64,000 nt of DNA from positions 108,724-172,723 of the IMG/VR virus record IMGVR_UViG_3300009082_000016. The stretch is one strand, 5' to 3'. The position numbers and the translations under genes are program-made. Of this stretch, positions 26,546 to 35,976 are shown piece by piece; positions within the stretch are counted from its first letter, which is position 1; each line of letters opens with the position of its first letter. This DNA comes from a virus. The notes beneath the pieces were generated by a model, which was not told the DNA's origin, ran no database searches, and saw only the letters and a program-made list of their open reading frames with translations.

Positions 26546-27885
26546 CAGTCCTCCTCCTTCCGACTCGTTTTGTCTGCATATTCGGAGATGCCGCTCTTGT
26601 CGGTCATCCTCCGAGCCTTCTTGCCGCGGTTGGCGATTTTCAGAAGCTCGACCTCAACCGCGGCGGTGTTCTTGAGCAACATGAGCTCGCGGTAGTCCCC
26701 GAACGGCGGCGGATTGATCAGCAGCCCACCCAGCGGGAACTCCCGGGACTTCGCGACGTGGATCAGCAACTTCGTGCTGTCGTCATCGTCGATGTAGATG
26801 TGGGTGCGGTACAGGATGTCCGCCCTCTGGGAGACGACGTCGCTTCCGTACAGGTCGTCTCCGCCTCCACCACCGCTGCTCTGCTCGGACTTCTTCCGGC
26901 TGGCATGCAGCGTGGCGACCACGGGGATCTTGTGCTCCCGCGACATCTGCTGGAGCAGCTTGATGCCCTTGGTCAGCGACTTCCGGTCCTCCGGGTCGAT
27001 CTTCGGGTCCATCTCGAGGTAGGCGCTGTCGATGAACAACGCGTCCGGCTTCGCCAGATCGACCTTCCGCTGGACCTCCGACCCCTTGATGGAGTCGGGA
27101 CCGACCAGGTGCAGGTTGGCATACTCGCCGGCGCCGCCCATCGAGATCAGCTCCATGACCTGGAGCAGGGCGCTGCGCTGGTCGTCGTTCATGTTGTCCT
27201 GGCGCACCCGCTCGTAGGGCACGCCCGCGATGAGCGACGCCAGCCGCTGGCAGATGATGTTGAGCGGCAGCTCGCAGGACACGAGCATCAGGTTCAGGTC
27301 GGTCCGCTCCTTCATCAGGTGGGCGATGATCGACAGCAGCGCCCAGGTCTTCATCGTCCCCGGGCGCCCGTAGATGATGCTGACCTCCGAGCCCATCAGG
27401 CCCAGCGAGGCTGTGGTCAACGAGTCCCACGGGAACGGCAGACCCTTTGGGACGGCACGACCTTTCTCCAGCCGCTCGGCCAGCTCCCGCATCGGAAGCC
27501 TCACCGGCACGACCGACTTGTCCCCGTGCCCGATGAGCGCCTCCCGCATCTGCTCGTAGGCCTTGCGCCCCACGTTGTGCGGGTCCTTCCGAAGGTCGAG
27601 CGGGTCGGGCAACGCCTGCTCCAACTCCCGCGCCAGGGAGAGCTTGATGATCTCCTCGGCCAGCGTCTTCACCCCCAAACCCGTAGGGATGTCGATCCAC
27701 TCGGTGAACCCCGACCGCTCCATGAAGATGTCCTTGGTCGGGATGTCCCCGTTGTGCGACTCGGCGAAGCGGAGCAGGAACTCGTAACCGGCCCGCTCCC
27801 GCGGGTTGCCGAAGTGCTCCGGGTCGAGCCCCAACTTCTTCGCCGTTTCCAGATCCCGCTGCTCGACGATGGCAGTCAGGACCAT
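26545..27885 (-). CDS. DnaB-like replicative helicase
   Basis: Walker A YGRPGTMKT; VSCEL; Walker B LFIDSAYL; HKIPVVATLHASR; YGSDVVSQRAD; VAKSRE. Confidence 0.88.
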   Translation of the reverse strand: MVLTAIVEQRDLETAKKLGLDPEHFGNPRERAGYEFLLRFAESHNGDIPTKDIFMERSGFTEWIDIPTGLGVKTLAEEIIKLSLARELEQALPDPLDLRKDPHNVGRKAYEQMREALIGHGDKSVVPVRLPMRELAERLEKGRAVPKGLPFPWDSLTTASLGLMGSEVSIIYGRPGTMKTWALLSIIAHLMKERTDLNLMLVSCELPLNIICQRLASLIAGVPYERVRQDNMNDDQRSALLQVMELISMGGAGEYANLHLVGPDSIKGSEVQRKVDLAKPDALFIDSAYLEMDPKIDPEDRKSLTKGIKLLQQMSREHKIPVVATLHASRKKSEQSSGGGGGDDLYGSDVVSQRADILYRTHIYIDDDDSTKLLIHVAKSREFPLGGLLINPPPFGDYRELMLLKNTAAVEVELLKIANRGKKARRMTDKSGISEYADKTSRKEED

Positions 27886-28044
27886 GCTTTCCTCGTGGAT
27901 GGTACACCTCCCTTCCCAGGCCTCGGACAGCGGTAAGAACGGGCCGGAAACCCGCTGGGAGGTCCGAGGCGAGGGTGATCGTCGTGCTGATCAGGCACGC
28001 CGCCGGCCCGGCAGCCCTCTATCGGGGTTGTGGCCGTTCGTCAA

Positions 28045-28920
28045 CTAGACATCGATGACGCGACCGAGCTTCTCGGCCTGCGGCACAACGTCCTCGAGCA
28101 CCGCGAGCGCCATCGAGAGGTCGCCCTTGAAGTTCTTGAAGTCGTCCGCGGTCTTGCCCGCCAGGATCTTCCCGACCTCCGTCACCAGCGGCGCCAGCGG
28201 CGGGTCGTCCTGCTCGTGGAACTCCGCGCAGTAGAGCTGCAGGCCGGCGACGACGGACTGGTAGATGCGCTTGCCCTTCTGGAGCTCGGACAGGAGCGTC
28301 TTCGCGCCGTCGATGAACTCGTCCCGCTTCTCCTGCTGGCCGAGCTTGTCCGCCTTTTCCAGCGTCTCCTGCAGCTGCTTCACCTGCGCCGCCTTCACCT
28401 CGGCGGGGACGTTCGGGTCGTCGATGATGACGACGTGCAGGTCGGACAGGCGGATCTTGAACCGGTCGAGGATGGCTTCCCGCGTCTTGGGGAAGTCCTC
28501 GTCGTTGTACAGGTTCTGCAGGTCGTCCTTCGCCGCGGCCTTGATCTCGCCGATGTTGTCGGCGAACACCTCGGCGAGGGCCTCGCGCTTCTGCTCGTAG
28601 TCCTTCACGTACTTGAGCAGCTCGTTCGCGTCGTACCGCGGCTGGCGCTCGCCGGGCGTCTCGCTCGGGCTGGGCTTGGTCCGCTTCCAGTAGGTCGACT
28701 TGAACTCGGAGTCCAGGGCGTTGATGTCCGCCAGGAACTCCTTCCGGATGAACTGCTTCTGGAGCGACAACTTGTCCCGGGCGACCTTCTTGCCGCCGTT
28801 GTCGTCCTCCCCCTTGACCTCCTTCACGAGGTCGCCGGAGATCGTCTTCTGCGTGCCGATCATCGACACGCGGAGCCGGAACGCGCGGTAGCCGGCGAGG
28901 ATCTTCACCTCCTTGATCAC
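28045..28920 (-). CDS. helical hypothetical protein (possibly DUF3150-like)
   Basis: Coiled-coil-rich with LQNLYNDEDFP motif; context next to the AAA/DUF1257 module. Confidence 0.5.
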   Translation of the reverse strand: MIKEVKILAGYRAFRLRVSMIGTQKTISGDLVKEVKGEDDNGGKKVARDKLSLQKQFIRKEFLADINALDSEFKSTYWKRTKPSPSETPGERQPRYDANELLKYVKDYEQKREALAEVFADNIGEIKAAAKDDLQNLYNDEDFPKTREAILDRFKIRLSDLHVVIIDDPNVPAEVKAAQVKQLQETLEKADKLGQQEKRDEFIDGAKTLLSELQKGKRIYQSVVAGLQLYCAEFHEQDDPPLAPLVTEVGKILAGKTADDFKNFKGDLSMALAVLEDVVPQAEKLGRVIDV

Positions 28921-29510
28921 GGCGACTCCGCCGCGGCGCCCGACCGCTGGACCGATTGCTGGGCCCACCGCTCGACCGTCGTCTCGACAACCTGGTTCAC
29001 CACGCTCCGCCACGACTCGGCCTGGTAGTACTTGTGGATCGACCCCGCGTGCCAGAACACCCGGAGCTCGTGCCGGTCCAGCTGCGTGTCGCTGCAGACG
29101 ATCTGGTGCCGGATGCCGATCAGCCGACCCTGCAGGTCGTCGCGGATGAGCTCGAGCAGCATCAGGGCATGTACGCGGTCGGGGAGAAGGGGGTTCTCAT
29201 CGTCCTCCGTGCGGAACGTGGCTTCGATGACGGCCGCGAGCCACTTGACTCCGTGGTAGACGAAGCTCCGATCGAAGCAGACGCGACACGGTCTGAACTG
29301 CCGAGCGCCCTCGGCGTTGATGTAGTCCGACTCCGCCTCCGTGAGGGGCCAGAACTCCGGGTGACCGGTGTCGTCGTCGATGTAGCCGTGGTCCAGGGAC
29401 AGGATCGCAAAGTCGCGAGCGCAGAAGTTCCCGGCATCCTTCCCGTCCCTCGTCAGGATGACGGGCGTCCCCGAGGCCTGCGCGTTGCGCGAATCTTGGC
29501 TCATTGGCAC
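28917..29510 (-). CDS. hypothetical protein
   Basis: Tiling ORF. Confidence 0.55.
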   Translation of the reverse strand: MPMSQDSRNAQASGTPVILTRDGKDAGNFCARDFAILSLDHGYIDDDTGHPEFWPLTEAESDYINAEGARQFRPCRVCFDRSFVYHGVKWLAAVIEATFRTEDDENPLLPDRVHALMLLELIRDDLQGRLIGIRHQIVCSDTQLDRHELRVFWHAGSIHKYYQAESWRSVVNQVVETTVERWAQQSVQRSGAAAESP

Positions 29511-29791
29511 TTCTCCTCTCTCAGCCTGAGCGTGCAGCGGTCACGCCCGGGCTTGCAGCAGTACCGCTCTCGTACGTCGATCGAATACCGCCCCCGACAG
29601 CGGTCGGACTCGAACTGCGTCGTCGGGCGGCGGTAGAACACCTCCCAGGCGTCCTCCCCCGAATCGCAGGGGAACGACCCGACGGTCGCCGGGTCCAGCG
29701 GCCGGCGGAACCCGCCGTCGGGGACGTCGGGAACCGGGGCGCTACAGCCCAGGAACGCCGATGCCAGTACGAACCAGATCGTCGTTTTCAT
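29501..29791 (-). CDS. putative small lipoprotein
   Basis: Signal peptide MKTTIWFVLASAFLGC with lipobox. Confidence 0.5.
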   Translation of the reverse strand: MKTTIWFVLASAFLGCSAPVPDVPDGGFRRPLDPATVGSFPCDSGEDAWEVFYRRPTTQFESDRCRGRYSIDVRERYCCKPGRDRCTLRLREEKCQ

Positions 29792-30296
29792 CCAACAGGA
29801 ACTCGACCTCGGGGATATCCTCGAGGTCCTCCCGGGTGATGCGCCCCGTGGGGAAGCGCAGCTCCTGGTTCTTCGAGGACAGGAGCGGGGGGTCGCCCTC
29901 GGTCCGCGGGCAGGTCTTGTCGTACGGGCCGGCGACGATGAGGTCGAAGAGGCCCATGACGGGCCCCATCAAGAGGTGGAGTGCTGCCGCACTGTATCCC
30001 GTGAACAGCACCCAACGCAGATCCGGCCGCTGGTCGGTCACCGCCGCGACCAGCAACTCGACCCAGCCTTCCTGCTCCAACGGCTCGCCGCCGGAGAGGA
30101 CGACCGTGTCGATGTCCGGCGTGGCGAGAATCCTATCGACGAGATCCAACAGAAGGATTTCCGTCCCGCCGGCGGGGTCCCACGTCTCCGGGTTGCAGCA
30201 GCCCTCGCAGTGCCTGCTGCAGCCTTGGAACCAGACGACGAATGATCGGCCGGGCCCGTTGGCGAGCGAGCCCGAGAGCGTGGCATGGATTCGCAT
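29742..30296 (-). CDS. radical-SAM 4Fe-4S protein, NrdG/activase-like
   Basis: NGPGRSFVVWFQGCSRHCEGCCNPETW; LSGGEP; SSKNQ. Confidence 0.88.
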   Translation of the reverse strand: MRIHATLSGSLANGPGRSFVVWFQGCSRHCEGCCNPETWDPAGGTEILLLDLVDRILATPDIDTVVLSGGEPLEQEGWVELLVAAVTDQRPDLRWVLFTGYSAAALHLLMGPVMGLFDLIVAGPYDKTCPRTEGDPPLLSSKNQELRFPTGRITREDLEDIPEVEFLLDENDDLVRTGIGVPGL

Positions 30297-30301
30297 CTGC
30301 C

Positions 30302-30493
30302 TCAGTGCTTCAGGCCGATCTTCTGCTGCTGGTGGGCGGTGTACTCGATCGTCTTGTGGGACGAGACGACCTTCCCGCCCAGCGCCGCCTGCAGGTCCTT
30401 CAGCTCGTGCGTGCAGCTGGGGCCCTTGATGCCCTCGACGGTGAACTCGGTCGTCCCCTCCTCGAAGTCGACCTCGATGATGACCTTCTTCAT
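30302..30493 (-). CDS. DUF2997-like protein
   Basis: VEGIKGPSC...LQAALG...KTIEY. Confidence 0.75.
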   Translation of the reverse strand: MKKVIIEVDFEEGTTEFTVEGIKGPSCTHELKDLQAALGGKVVSSHKTIEYTAHQQQKIGLKH

Positions 30494-30503
30494 GCCCGTC
30501 CTC

Positions 30504-30947
30504 CTACTTCACCCAGATCATGCGCTTCTTCGTCGCGCTGACCGGGATCGTCTGCTGCAGCCGGTAGCCCTTCCGCAGCATCACCTTCTCCTGGACGTGC
30601 ATGCCGTAGTGGCCGGACAGCTTCTTCAGGAACCTGCCGTCGTACGACATCCCGACCTTGCTGGCGCTCGGGTCGATGTGCTGGTCGTACTCCGACACCC
30701 GCATCTCGTAGCTGCCGTCCGGCATCCGCTCGAACCCGATGTCGTTCGAACCGACACCGACGTGCTCCTTGCGGACGATGATGTTGGCCTTCTGCACGCG
30801 GCGGTCACCGCGGTAGCCGCGCAGGTTCTCGGCCTGCTCGTGGACCTCGATGTGCTTCCGGTCGAAACCCACGTCCACGAGCGCCTTGACCAGGCTCTCC
30901 TCCTCCGCCGAAACGAAGGAGGTCTGCATCTTGTGGTACTCGCTCAT
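30504..30947 (-). CDS. DUF1257 (Ycf35)-like protein
   Basis: MSEY..MQT...LVKALVDVGF...LRGYRGD...NDIGF...SEYD. Confidence 0.8.
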   Translation of the reverse strand: MSEYHKMQTSFVSAEEESLVKALVDVGFDRKHIEVHEQAENLRGYRGDRRVQKANIIVRKEHVGVGSNDIGFERMPDGSYEMRVSEYDQHIDPSASKVGMSYDGRFLKKLSGHYGMHVQEKVMLRKGYRLQQTIPVSATKKRMIWVK

Positions 30948-32587
30948 GCCTCTGCCACTCCTCCGCCGCCGCCCAGGTCCATCAACCGACCGACCTGTTC
31001 GTACGACGTCGCCCCGTCCTGGGGGCCCTGGTACAGACCGGGATACGACGCCGAGCACCAGCAGCCCTTGGCCGCCGCACGCATCGCGTCGATCTCCATC
31101 ATGCGGGAAATGCCCGTGGGCACCATGCCCATCGCGGCCGCATCGACCAGCGTGAGACCGCGGTCCTGCGCCTTGCGGCAGCAGTTGCGGATGTCCGCCC
31201 CGCTCCAGCGGGTATCCTCCGGCAACGGCTGCGGGGCCAGCCCGTGCGCCTGCATCTGCTTCTGCCAGATGACGGCCTTCTCCTCGGCCGACGGCAGGTC
31301 GACGTAGTACTTGCCCTCGGAGCTGAACCGGCGGTCCATCTCCGCGGGAATGTTTGCCTCGCGGTTGCTGTCGCCGATGAACACCGGGTCGTCGCCGATC
31401 GCGGCGAGAATCTTCATCACCATGGCGGACCGCTCTTCGGACACGCCGACGAAGCGGTTCATCATGCCGCCGACGCGGACGACCAGGAACAGCACGCCCA
31501 GCTTGTTGCCCAGGGCGCGGATGATGTGCGTCTTGCCGGTGCCGGGCGGGCCCTGCAGCCGGTAGCCGCGCACCTTCTTGTTCTCCATGAGCTCGAGCAG
31601 GTCGGCGATGATGTGGTCCGTGATGCCGGTGTTGTCGCCGCCGCCGGCGCCCATCATCTGCTTGTCGATCTCGGGGAACTGGGCGATGTAACCGACCCGG
31701 CGCTTCGACTTCCCGAGCGAGTCGAACTCGGCGATCAGCTGGGTGATACCGCCCAGGTCGGAGATCAGTTCCTTGCCGTCGCGGTAGACCTCGATGCCCG
31801 CGGCCTCCTTGATCCACTGGATCTTGCGGACCCAGAGGCGGCCGATCTCGATGCCCGTCGGCGTGAGCGCCATGGCGACCACCTGGTCGATGATCTTCCC
31901 GGGCAGGGCGCGGCACGCGTTCACGGCGTGCCACATCTGGTCATCGGTCAGCTCCGGCGCCGCCGGCTTGCCGGCCTTCTTGAGCCCGTACTGCAGGTCG
32001 TTGAACCGGTCCTGGATGATGCCCTTGATCTCCTCCGGACCGGGCAGCGGCTCATCAATCACCGAGATCTCGTTGACCTCGGGAGGGAAGGCCGGGAACA
32101 CCGGCGAGAGCAGCACGACGCTGCACCCCTGCGCCTTCAGCTGGCTGCTGATCAGCTGCAGGGCCTGCACGGTGTCGTTCGCGGCGTTCGGCTGCTCGAC
32201 GCCCAGCTGCCGGTGCATGTTGAGCATGAACAGGACGCCGCGCTTCGGCAGCTTCAACGCCCCGAACAGGGCGGAAACAGGGTTCACGAACTGGACCGGG
32301 TCGGGGAAGATCTTCTTCACCGCCTGCGACCAGGCGCCGTTGTGCTTCGCGAGATCCGGCTCTGCGGAAACGAAAGCGGTCACGCCGCGCAGGGAGTCCC
32401 ACACGGCGATGGGGGTGTCGGCGCTGACGCCCGACTTCGCCGGGAGTCCGGCGCGGAACTCCAGGAGCTTCCGCACGACCTTGTCCTGGGTCGTGAACGG
32501 ACAGGGGCACGACACCGCGATGACCGGCGTCGAAACGGCGTGGGCCCGCACGACCTCGGCGCCCACGTCGAGAACCGTCGTGTTCAC
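30944..32587 (-). CDS. Ycf46-like AAA+ ATPase with permuted motif order
   Basis: DLGG; GPPGTGKT; FVGVSE; PAEMDRRF; VDLP; WSGADIRNCC. Confidence 0.85.
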   Translation of the reverse strand: MNTTVLDVGAEVVRAHAVSTPVIAVSCPCPFTTQDKVVRKLLEFRAGLPAKSGVSADTPIAVWDSLRGVTAFVSAEPDLAKHNGAWSQAVKKIFPDPVQFVNPVSALFGALKLPKRGVLFMLNMHRQLGVEQPNAANDTVQALQLISSQLKAQGCSVVLLSPVFPAFPPEVNEISVIDEPLPGPEEIKGIIQDRFNDLQYGLKKAGKPAAPELTDDQMWHAVNACRALPGKIIDQVVAMALTPTGIEIGRLWVRKIQWIKEAAGIEVYRDGKELISDLGGITQLIAEFDSLGKSKRRVGYIAQFPEIDKQMMGAGGGDNTGITDHIIADLLELMENKKVRGYRLQGPPGTGKTHIIRALGNKLGVLFLVVRVGGMMNRFVGVSEERSAMVMKILAAIGDDPVFIGDSNREANIPAEMDRRFSSEGKYYVDLPSAEEKAVIWQKQMQAHGLAPQPLPEDTRWSGADIRNCCRKAQDRGLTLVDAAAMGMVPTGISRMMEIDAMRAAAKGCWCSASYPGLYQGPQDGATSYEQVGRLMDLGGGGGVAEA

Positions 32588-33087
32588 TACTTCCTCCTCA
32601 GGAACTCGGCGATCTTCCCGTCGACGATCAGCTCGCGCTTCTCCAGGTCCGTGATGGCCCTGAAAACGGCGCTGGGCTTCAGTCCGGAATAGACCGCCAT
32701 CTGTGTGGCTCCCTTGGTCACCCGCCCCTCCTGGTCCGCGAAACCGAGGATGTAGAACAGGAACACCTGGAGCCGATCGGGAACCTGCATCTCGTACAGC
32801 GTGTTGAGTGCCGCCACCGAGATCCAGGATTTGCGGGACGAGTCATTCGGCTGGTACCCCAGCCAGTCCGACGTCACCATTCCCAGCCTGCGGAGCTGGG
32901 CCAACCGCTCGGCCACCGAGCCAAGTTTGCGCTTCGAGATGCGGGCGATGCGCTCCGCCTCGGCCGGATGGGTCGCATCCTTCGTCAGGGCCCGCAGGTA
33001 GACAAAGATGATGACGGCGTACGGGTCGAGCTCGATCAGCTGGTTGAGGGCGCGAGTGCTGACCCACGCCGCGTACTCGCCAGCCAC
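32587..33087 (-). CDS. tandem winged-HTH protein
   Basis: Internal duplication AWVSTRALNQL / SWISVAALNTL, each followed by an HTH-like segment. Confidence 0.6.
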   Translation of the reverse strand: MAGEYAAWVSTRALNQLIELDPYAVIIFVYLRALTKDATHPAEAERIARISKRKLGSVAERLAQLRRLGMVTSDWLGYQPNDSSRKSWISVAALNTLYEMQVPDRLQVFLFYILGFADQEGRVTKGATQMAVYSGLKPSAVFRAITDLEKRELIVDGKIAEFLRRK

Positions 33088-33794
33088 TGCTCGAGCTCCT
33101 TGATGCGGTTGAGCGACCGTTGGATCGCCATTTCGACCCGGACCCGGTTGAACTCGACCGGCGTCATGTTCGACGTCGGCCGCAGCACCGGCTGGGTCGG
33201 TTCGGTCACCTTCGAGGCGACCAGACCGGAAATCGAGCCGATGCCGGCGCCGAACATCGGGTCAGCGCCGGAGAGCAGGGCCCCCGTCGGAGCGCCGGCC
33301 AGGATGGCCGACATCGGACGGACTCCTTCACCACTGCGGACGTCCCGCAGGACGCGGGCACCACCGCCCGTGGCGAGGCCGGTGAGGACGGCCTTGAACA
33401 TGGGGTTGAAGTCGGTCGGCAAGACCTTCTCCCCACGCGCCACCCGCTGGGAGTACTCCTTCTGGGCCATGGACGCCATGCCGGCGCCCAGCAGCGCACC
33501 GATGGCACTCGCCTTCCCGCGCTGGTCCCCCGGCGCCGTGATGGCAGAGGCCAGCGCCGAGAACGGCATGTACAAGAGGGGGTCGAGGATACCGCTGCGC
33601 TTCTGCATTCGAGCCTCTTCCACGAGCCTCGCGGGGTCGGCGTTCTTCCAGTTCCCGTATCTCCGGTCCCCAACCCTTTCAAACGCATCCTGATCCCGGA
33701 AGTCCCTACGCCGGCGCCTGTCCTTCGCACCTTTCACGGCCAGGTAGGTACCACCCACGATTCCAGTAGCCGCCAAGGCGGGAAGTAGGTTCAC
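33036..33794 (-). CDS. Gly/Ala-rich (glycine-zipper) protein
   Basis: GxxxG repeats (GALLGAG, GAGIGSISG). Confidence 0.55.
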   Translation of the reverse strand: MNLLPALAATGIVGGTYLAVKGAKDRRRRRDFRDQDAFERVGDRRYGNWKNADPARLVEEARMQKRSGILDPLLYMPFSALASAITAPGDQRGKASAIGALLGAGMASMAQKEYSQRVARGEKVLPTDFNPMFKAVLTGLATGGGARVLRDVRSGEGVRPMSAILAGAPTGALLSGADPMFGAGIGSISGLVASKVTEPTQPVLRPTSNMTPVEFNRVRVEMAIQRSLNRIKELEQWLASTRRGSALAPSTS

Positions 33795-34156
33795 AGGTCC
33801 TCCACCTTCTTCCAGCCGACCAGGCCGGCCGGGTCCTGCGTCACCCAGATGCCGGCGGGGTTGCGGGTGCGCTGGGCCACGAACTCCTCCACCGTCGTGC
33901 GGGTGATGGGGACCGTCTTCGTGATCTGCGCCGAGAGCGTCGGCGGCCAGTCCTGCGGGTTGTCGTCCGACCGCGGGTGGGGGCTGTTCGCGTCCCGCCA
34001 CCGCACCCACATGACGTACGTCACGATGCCGTTGGCCCGCTCGATGTCCGTGATGAGCTGCTCGATTTCCAGGTGCTTTCCCTGGAAAACCGATTCCGAC
34101 AGCCGCAGGTTCGCCGCGACGGCCTTCCACTGCTGATCGGTGAGCGAGATGGTCAC
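33791..34156 (-). CDS. hypothetical protein
   Basis: Tiling ORF. Confidence 0.6.
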   Translation of the reverse strand: MTISLTDQQWKAVAANLRLSESVFQGKHLEIEQLITDIERANGIVTYVMWVRWRDANSPHPRSDDNPQDWPPTLSAQITKTVPITRTTVEEFVAQRTRNPAGIWVTQDPAGLVGWKKVEDL

Positions 34157-34165
34157 GGGGACATC

Positions 34166-34585
34166 CTACTCCTTCGGCTTTTCCTGGACAACCCTCTCGC
34201 GCAGCCGCTCCAGGTCCTTCTGGATGTTGCCCGCCACCTTCTTCACCCGCCGCTCGAACCCTTTCTCGTTCGCCACCGTTTTCCCGATCGTCAGATCGGA
34301 CGGGGCGTGGGACGGGGTGATGTTCATCCCGCCCTTCACCAGACGGGCCAAAGCCGTCCGTTCCACCGAGCGGGCGGACAGGTGATCGTAGGTCCCGGCC
34401 TTGCGCTTCCGCTTCGCCGTGCGACGGATCGCGTCGTACGCCCAGGTCGCCGCGTGCGGGAGGTCGTTCTCCATCAGGTCGCGGACGAGGTTGGCCGCCT
34501 CGGTCAACTCGGAGTCGGTGAGGTTGCGCTGGATGGCGAAGCTCTGAAGCTGCCTCGCCCGGGTCTGATCCTGCTCGTGGGCCAC
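34166..34585 (-). CDS. hypothetical protein
   Basis: GGAGG RBS directly after the E1 gene. Confidence 0.6.
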   Translation of the reverse strand: MAHEQDQTRARQLQSFAIQRNLTDSELTEAANLVRDLMENDLPHAATWAYDAIRRTAKRKRKAGTYDHLSARSVERTALARLVKGGMNITPSHAPSDLTIGKTVANEKGFERRVKKVAGNIQKDLERLRERVVQEKPKE

Positions 34586-34586
34586 T

Positions 34587-35261
34587 CTACATCACCTCCA
34601 TCGTTCCCCAGTGGACGGTCGTCTCGAAGGGGATGGGCTCGTTGCGAAGGAACCGGAACAAGAGCGACCCGATGACGGCGCTGATGCCGGCGCCGGTGAA
34701 GAAGGTCGCCCGCGCCGTGCAAGGCTCGTTCACCGTGCCCTCGTTCGGCAGCGTCTGCTCGTACCGCTCCGCCTGCTCGGGCGTCACGGCGAAAATGCGG
34801 GACACGAGCGCCCCCATGCGCCCGTCGATGTACAGCTTCGGGGGAAGCACCTTCATGCCGGCCCAAATCTCCTGCCGGGCCTCCATGCTGTCAACCCCGG
34901 AGATGTAGACGGCGTCGATGTCCACCGGCGGGGCCCACCGCCTCTGGTTCACCTGGATGTTCGCTCCGATGAACTGGCGAATCATCTCCTTGAGGGCCTG
35001 CACCTTCGGACGACCGACGTCGTCCAGACGGTAGAGCTGGGTCGGGATGTTGTGGGGTTCAACGATGTCCGGGTCCCACACCTCCATCCTCGAAATCCCC
35101 ATCTTCGCCGCTGTAAGGGCACTGACTCCACCGATGCCCCCCGTTCCGATCAAGACCACGGAGGTCGCACTGACCGCAGACGGTGAAATGAGCCCGCTCT
35201 GCCGCAGAAAGTCCGGCTGCACAGTCTCCCGCGTCCCCCGCATCCCTCGCGAATCCCGCAT
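34587..35261 (-). CDS. ThiF/E1-like ubiquitin-activating enzyme
   Basis: IGTGGIGG; WDPDIVEPHNIPTQ; GRPKV; GVDSMEAR; IDGRMG; candidate catalytic Cys in EPCTAR. Confidence 0.92.
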   Translation of the reverse strand: MRDSRGMRGTRETVQPDFLRQSGLISPSAVSATSVVLIGTGGIGGVSALTAAKMGISRMEVWDPDIVEPHNIPTQLYRLDDVGRPKVQALKEMIRQFIGANIQVNQRRWAPPVDIDAVYISGVDSMEARQEIWAGMKVLPPKLYIDGRMGALVSRIFAVTPEQAERYEQTLPNEGTVNEPCTARATFFTGAGISAVIGSLLFRFLRNEPIPFETTVHWGTMEVM

Positions 35262-35976
35262 CCTGTGCCTCCTTCTTGAAGTACTCCTGCATGTCGTACG
35301 TCTCACTCGGTCCGTGCATGCCGTACAGTTCAATCGGGCCGTGCATGCCGTACCCGCCGTACCCGCCGTAGGACCCGTAGAACTGCTCGACCACGTCCTC
35401 GGCCAACTCCTTCTTCAGCCGGTCGTAGTCGATCGGCTCCGGCTGGCCAAAGGTGAAGATGGGCAGTTCGTAGTCGAGCGGCACCGGTCGGCTGGTCACC
35501 AGCGAGCACTTCCACTCGCCCCGATGGTTGATCACCAGGGCGACGCCCCAGTCACGGAAGAGCGACCGTTTGGTCGCCTCGTCGGTGCCGGACCAGAACG
35601 CGCTCATCGAGTTGTGGCTGTGCCACCAGAGCCGCGGGTCGACTCCGTATTCGGCGTAGCAGTCCCGCAGGACCTGATGGGTCCGCGGCGACGTCTGATC
35701 GACGTCGGTGTTCGCACCAGTACAGCTCTGCGGCACCCGGTACAGCTTCTTCAACACCAGGTCCCCCTTCTCGACCACGACCGCGCCGAACCCCGAGCAC
35801 TCGCAGCTCAGGAGCCGGCAGCGGGCCTGGATGTCGTCCCACAAGGGGCGCGGGACCAGCAGTCTCGGCGCACTGTCCGGCGGATCGTCGGGATTTCGGA
35901 ACAGGGGGGTCCTCGAACAGACCGTGAGCTCCGTCTTGTCCTTCACGATCTCGATCGACTTCTTCTCATCCGGCAT
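35059..35976 (-). CDS. JAB/MPN+ metallopeptidase (Ubl processing or deconjugation)
   Basis: ECSGFG; JAMM motif WWHSHNSMSAFWSGTD. Confidence 0.88.
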   Translation of the reverse strand: MPDEKKSIEIVKDKTELTVCSRTPLFRNPDDPPDSAPRLLVPRPLWDDIQARCRLLSCECSGFGAVVVEKGDLVLKKLYRVPQSCTGANTDVDQTSPRTHQVLRDCYAEYGVDPRLWWHSHNSMSAFWSGTDEATKRSLFRDWGVALVINHRGEWKCSLVTSRPVPLDYELPIFTFGQPEPIDYDRLKKELAEDVVEQFYGSYGGYGGYGMHGPIELYGMHGPSETYDMQEYFKKEAQDAGFARDAGDAGDCAAGLSAAERAHFTVCGQCDLRGLDRNGGHRWSQCPYSGEDGDFEDGGVGPGHR

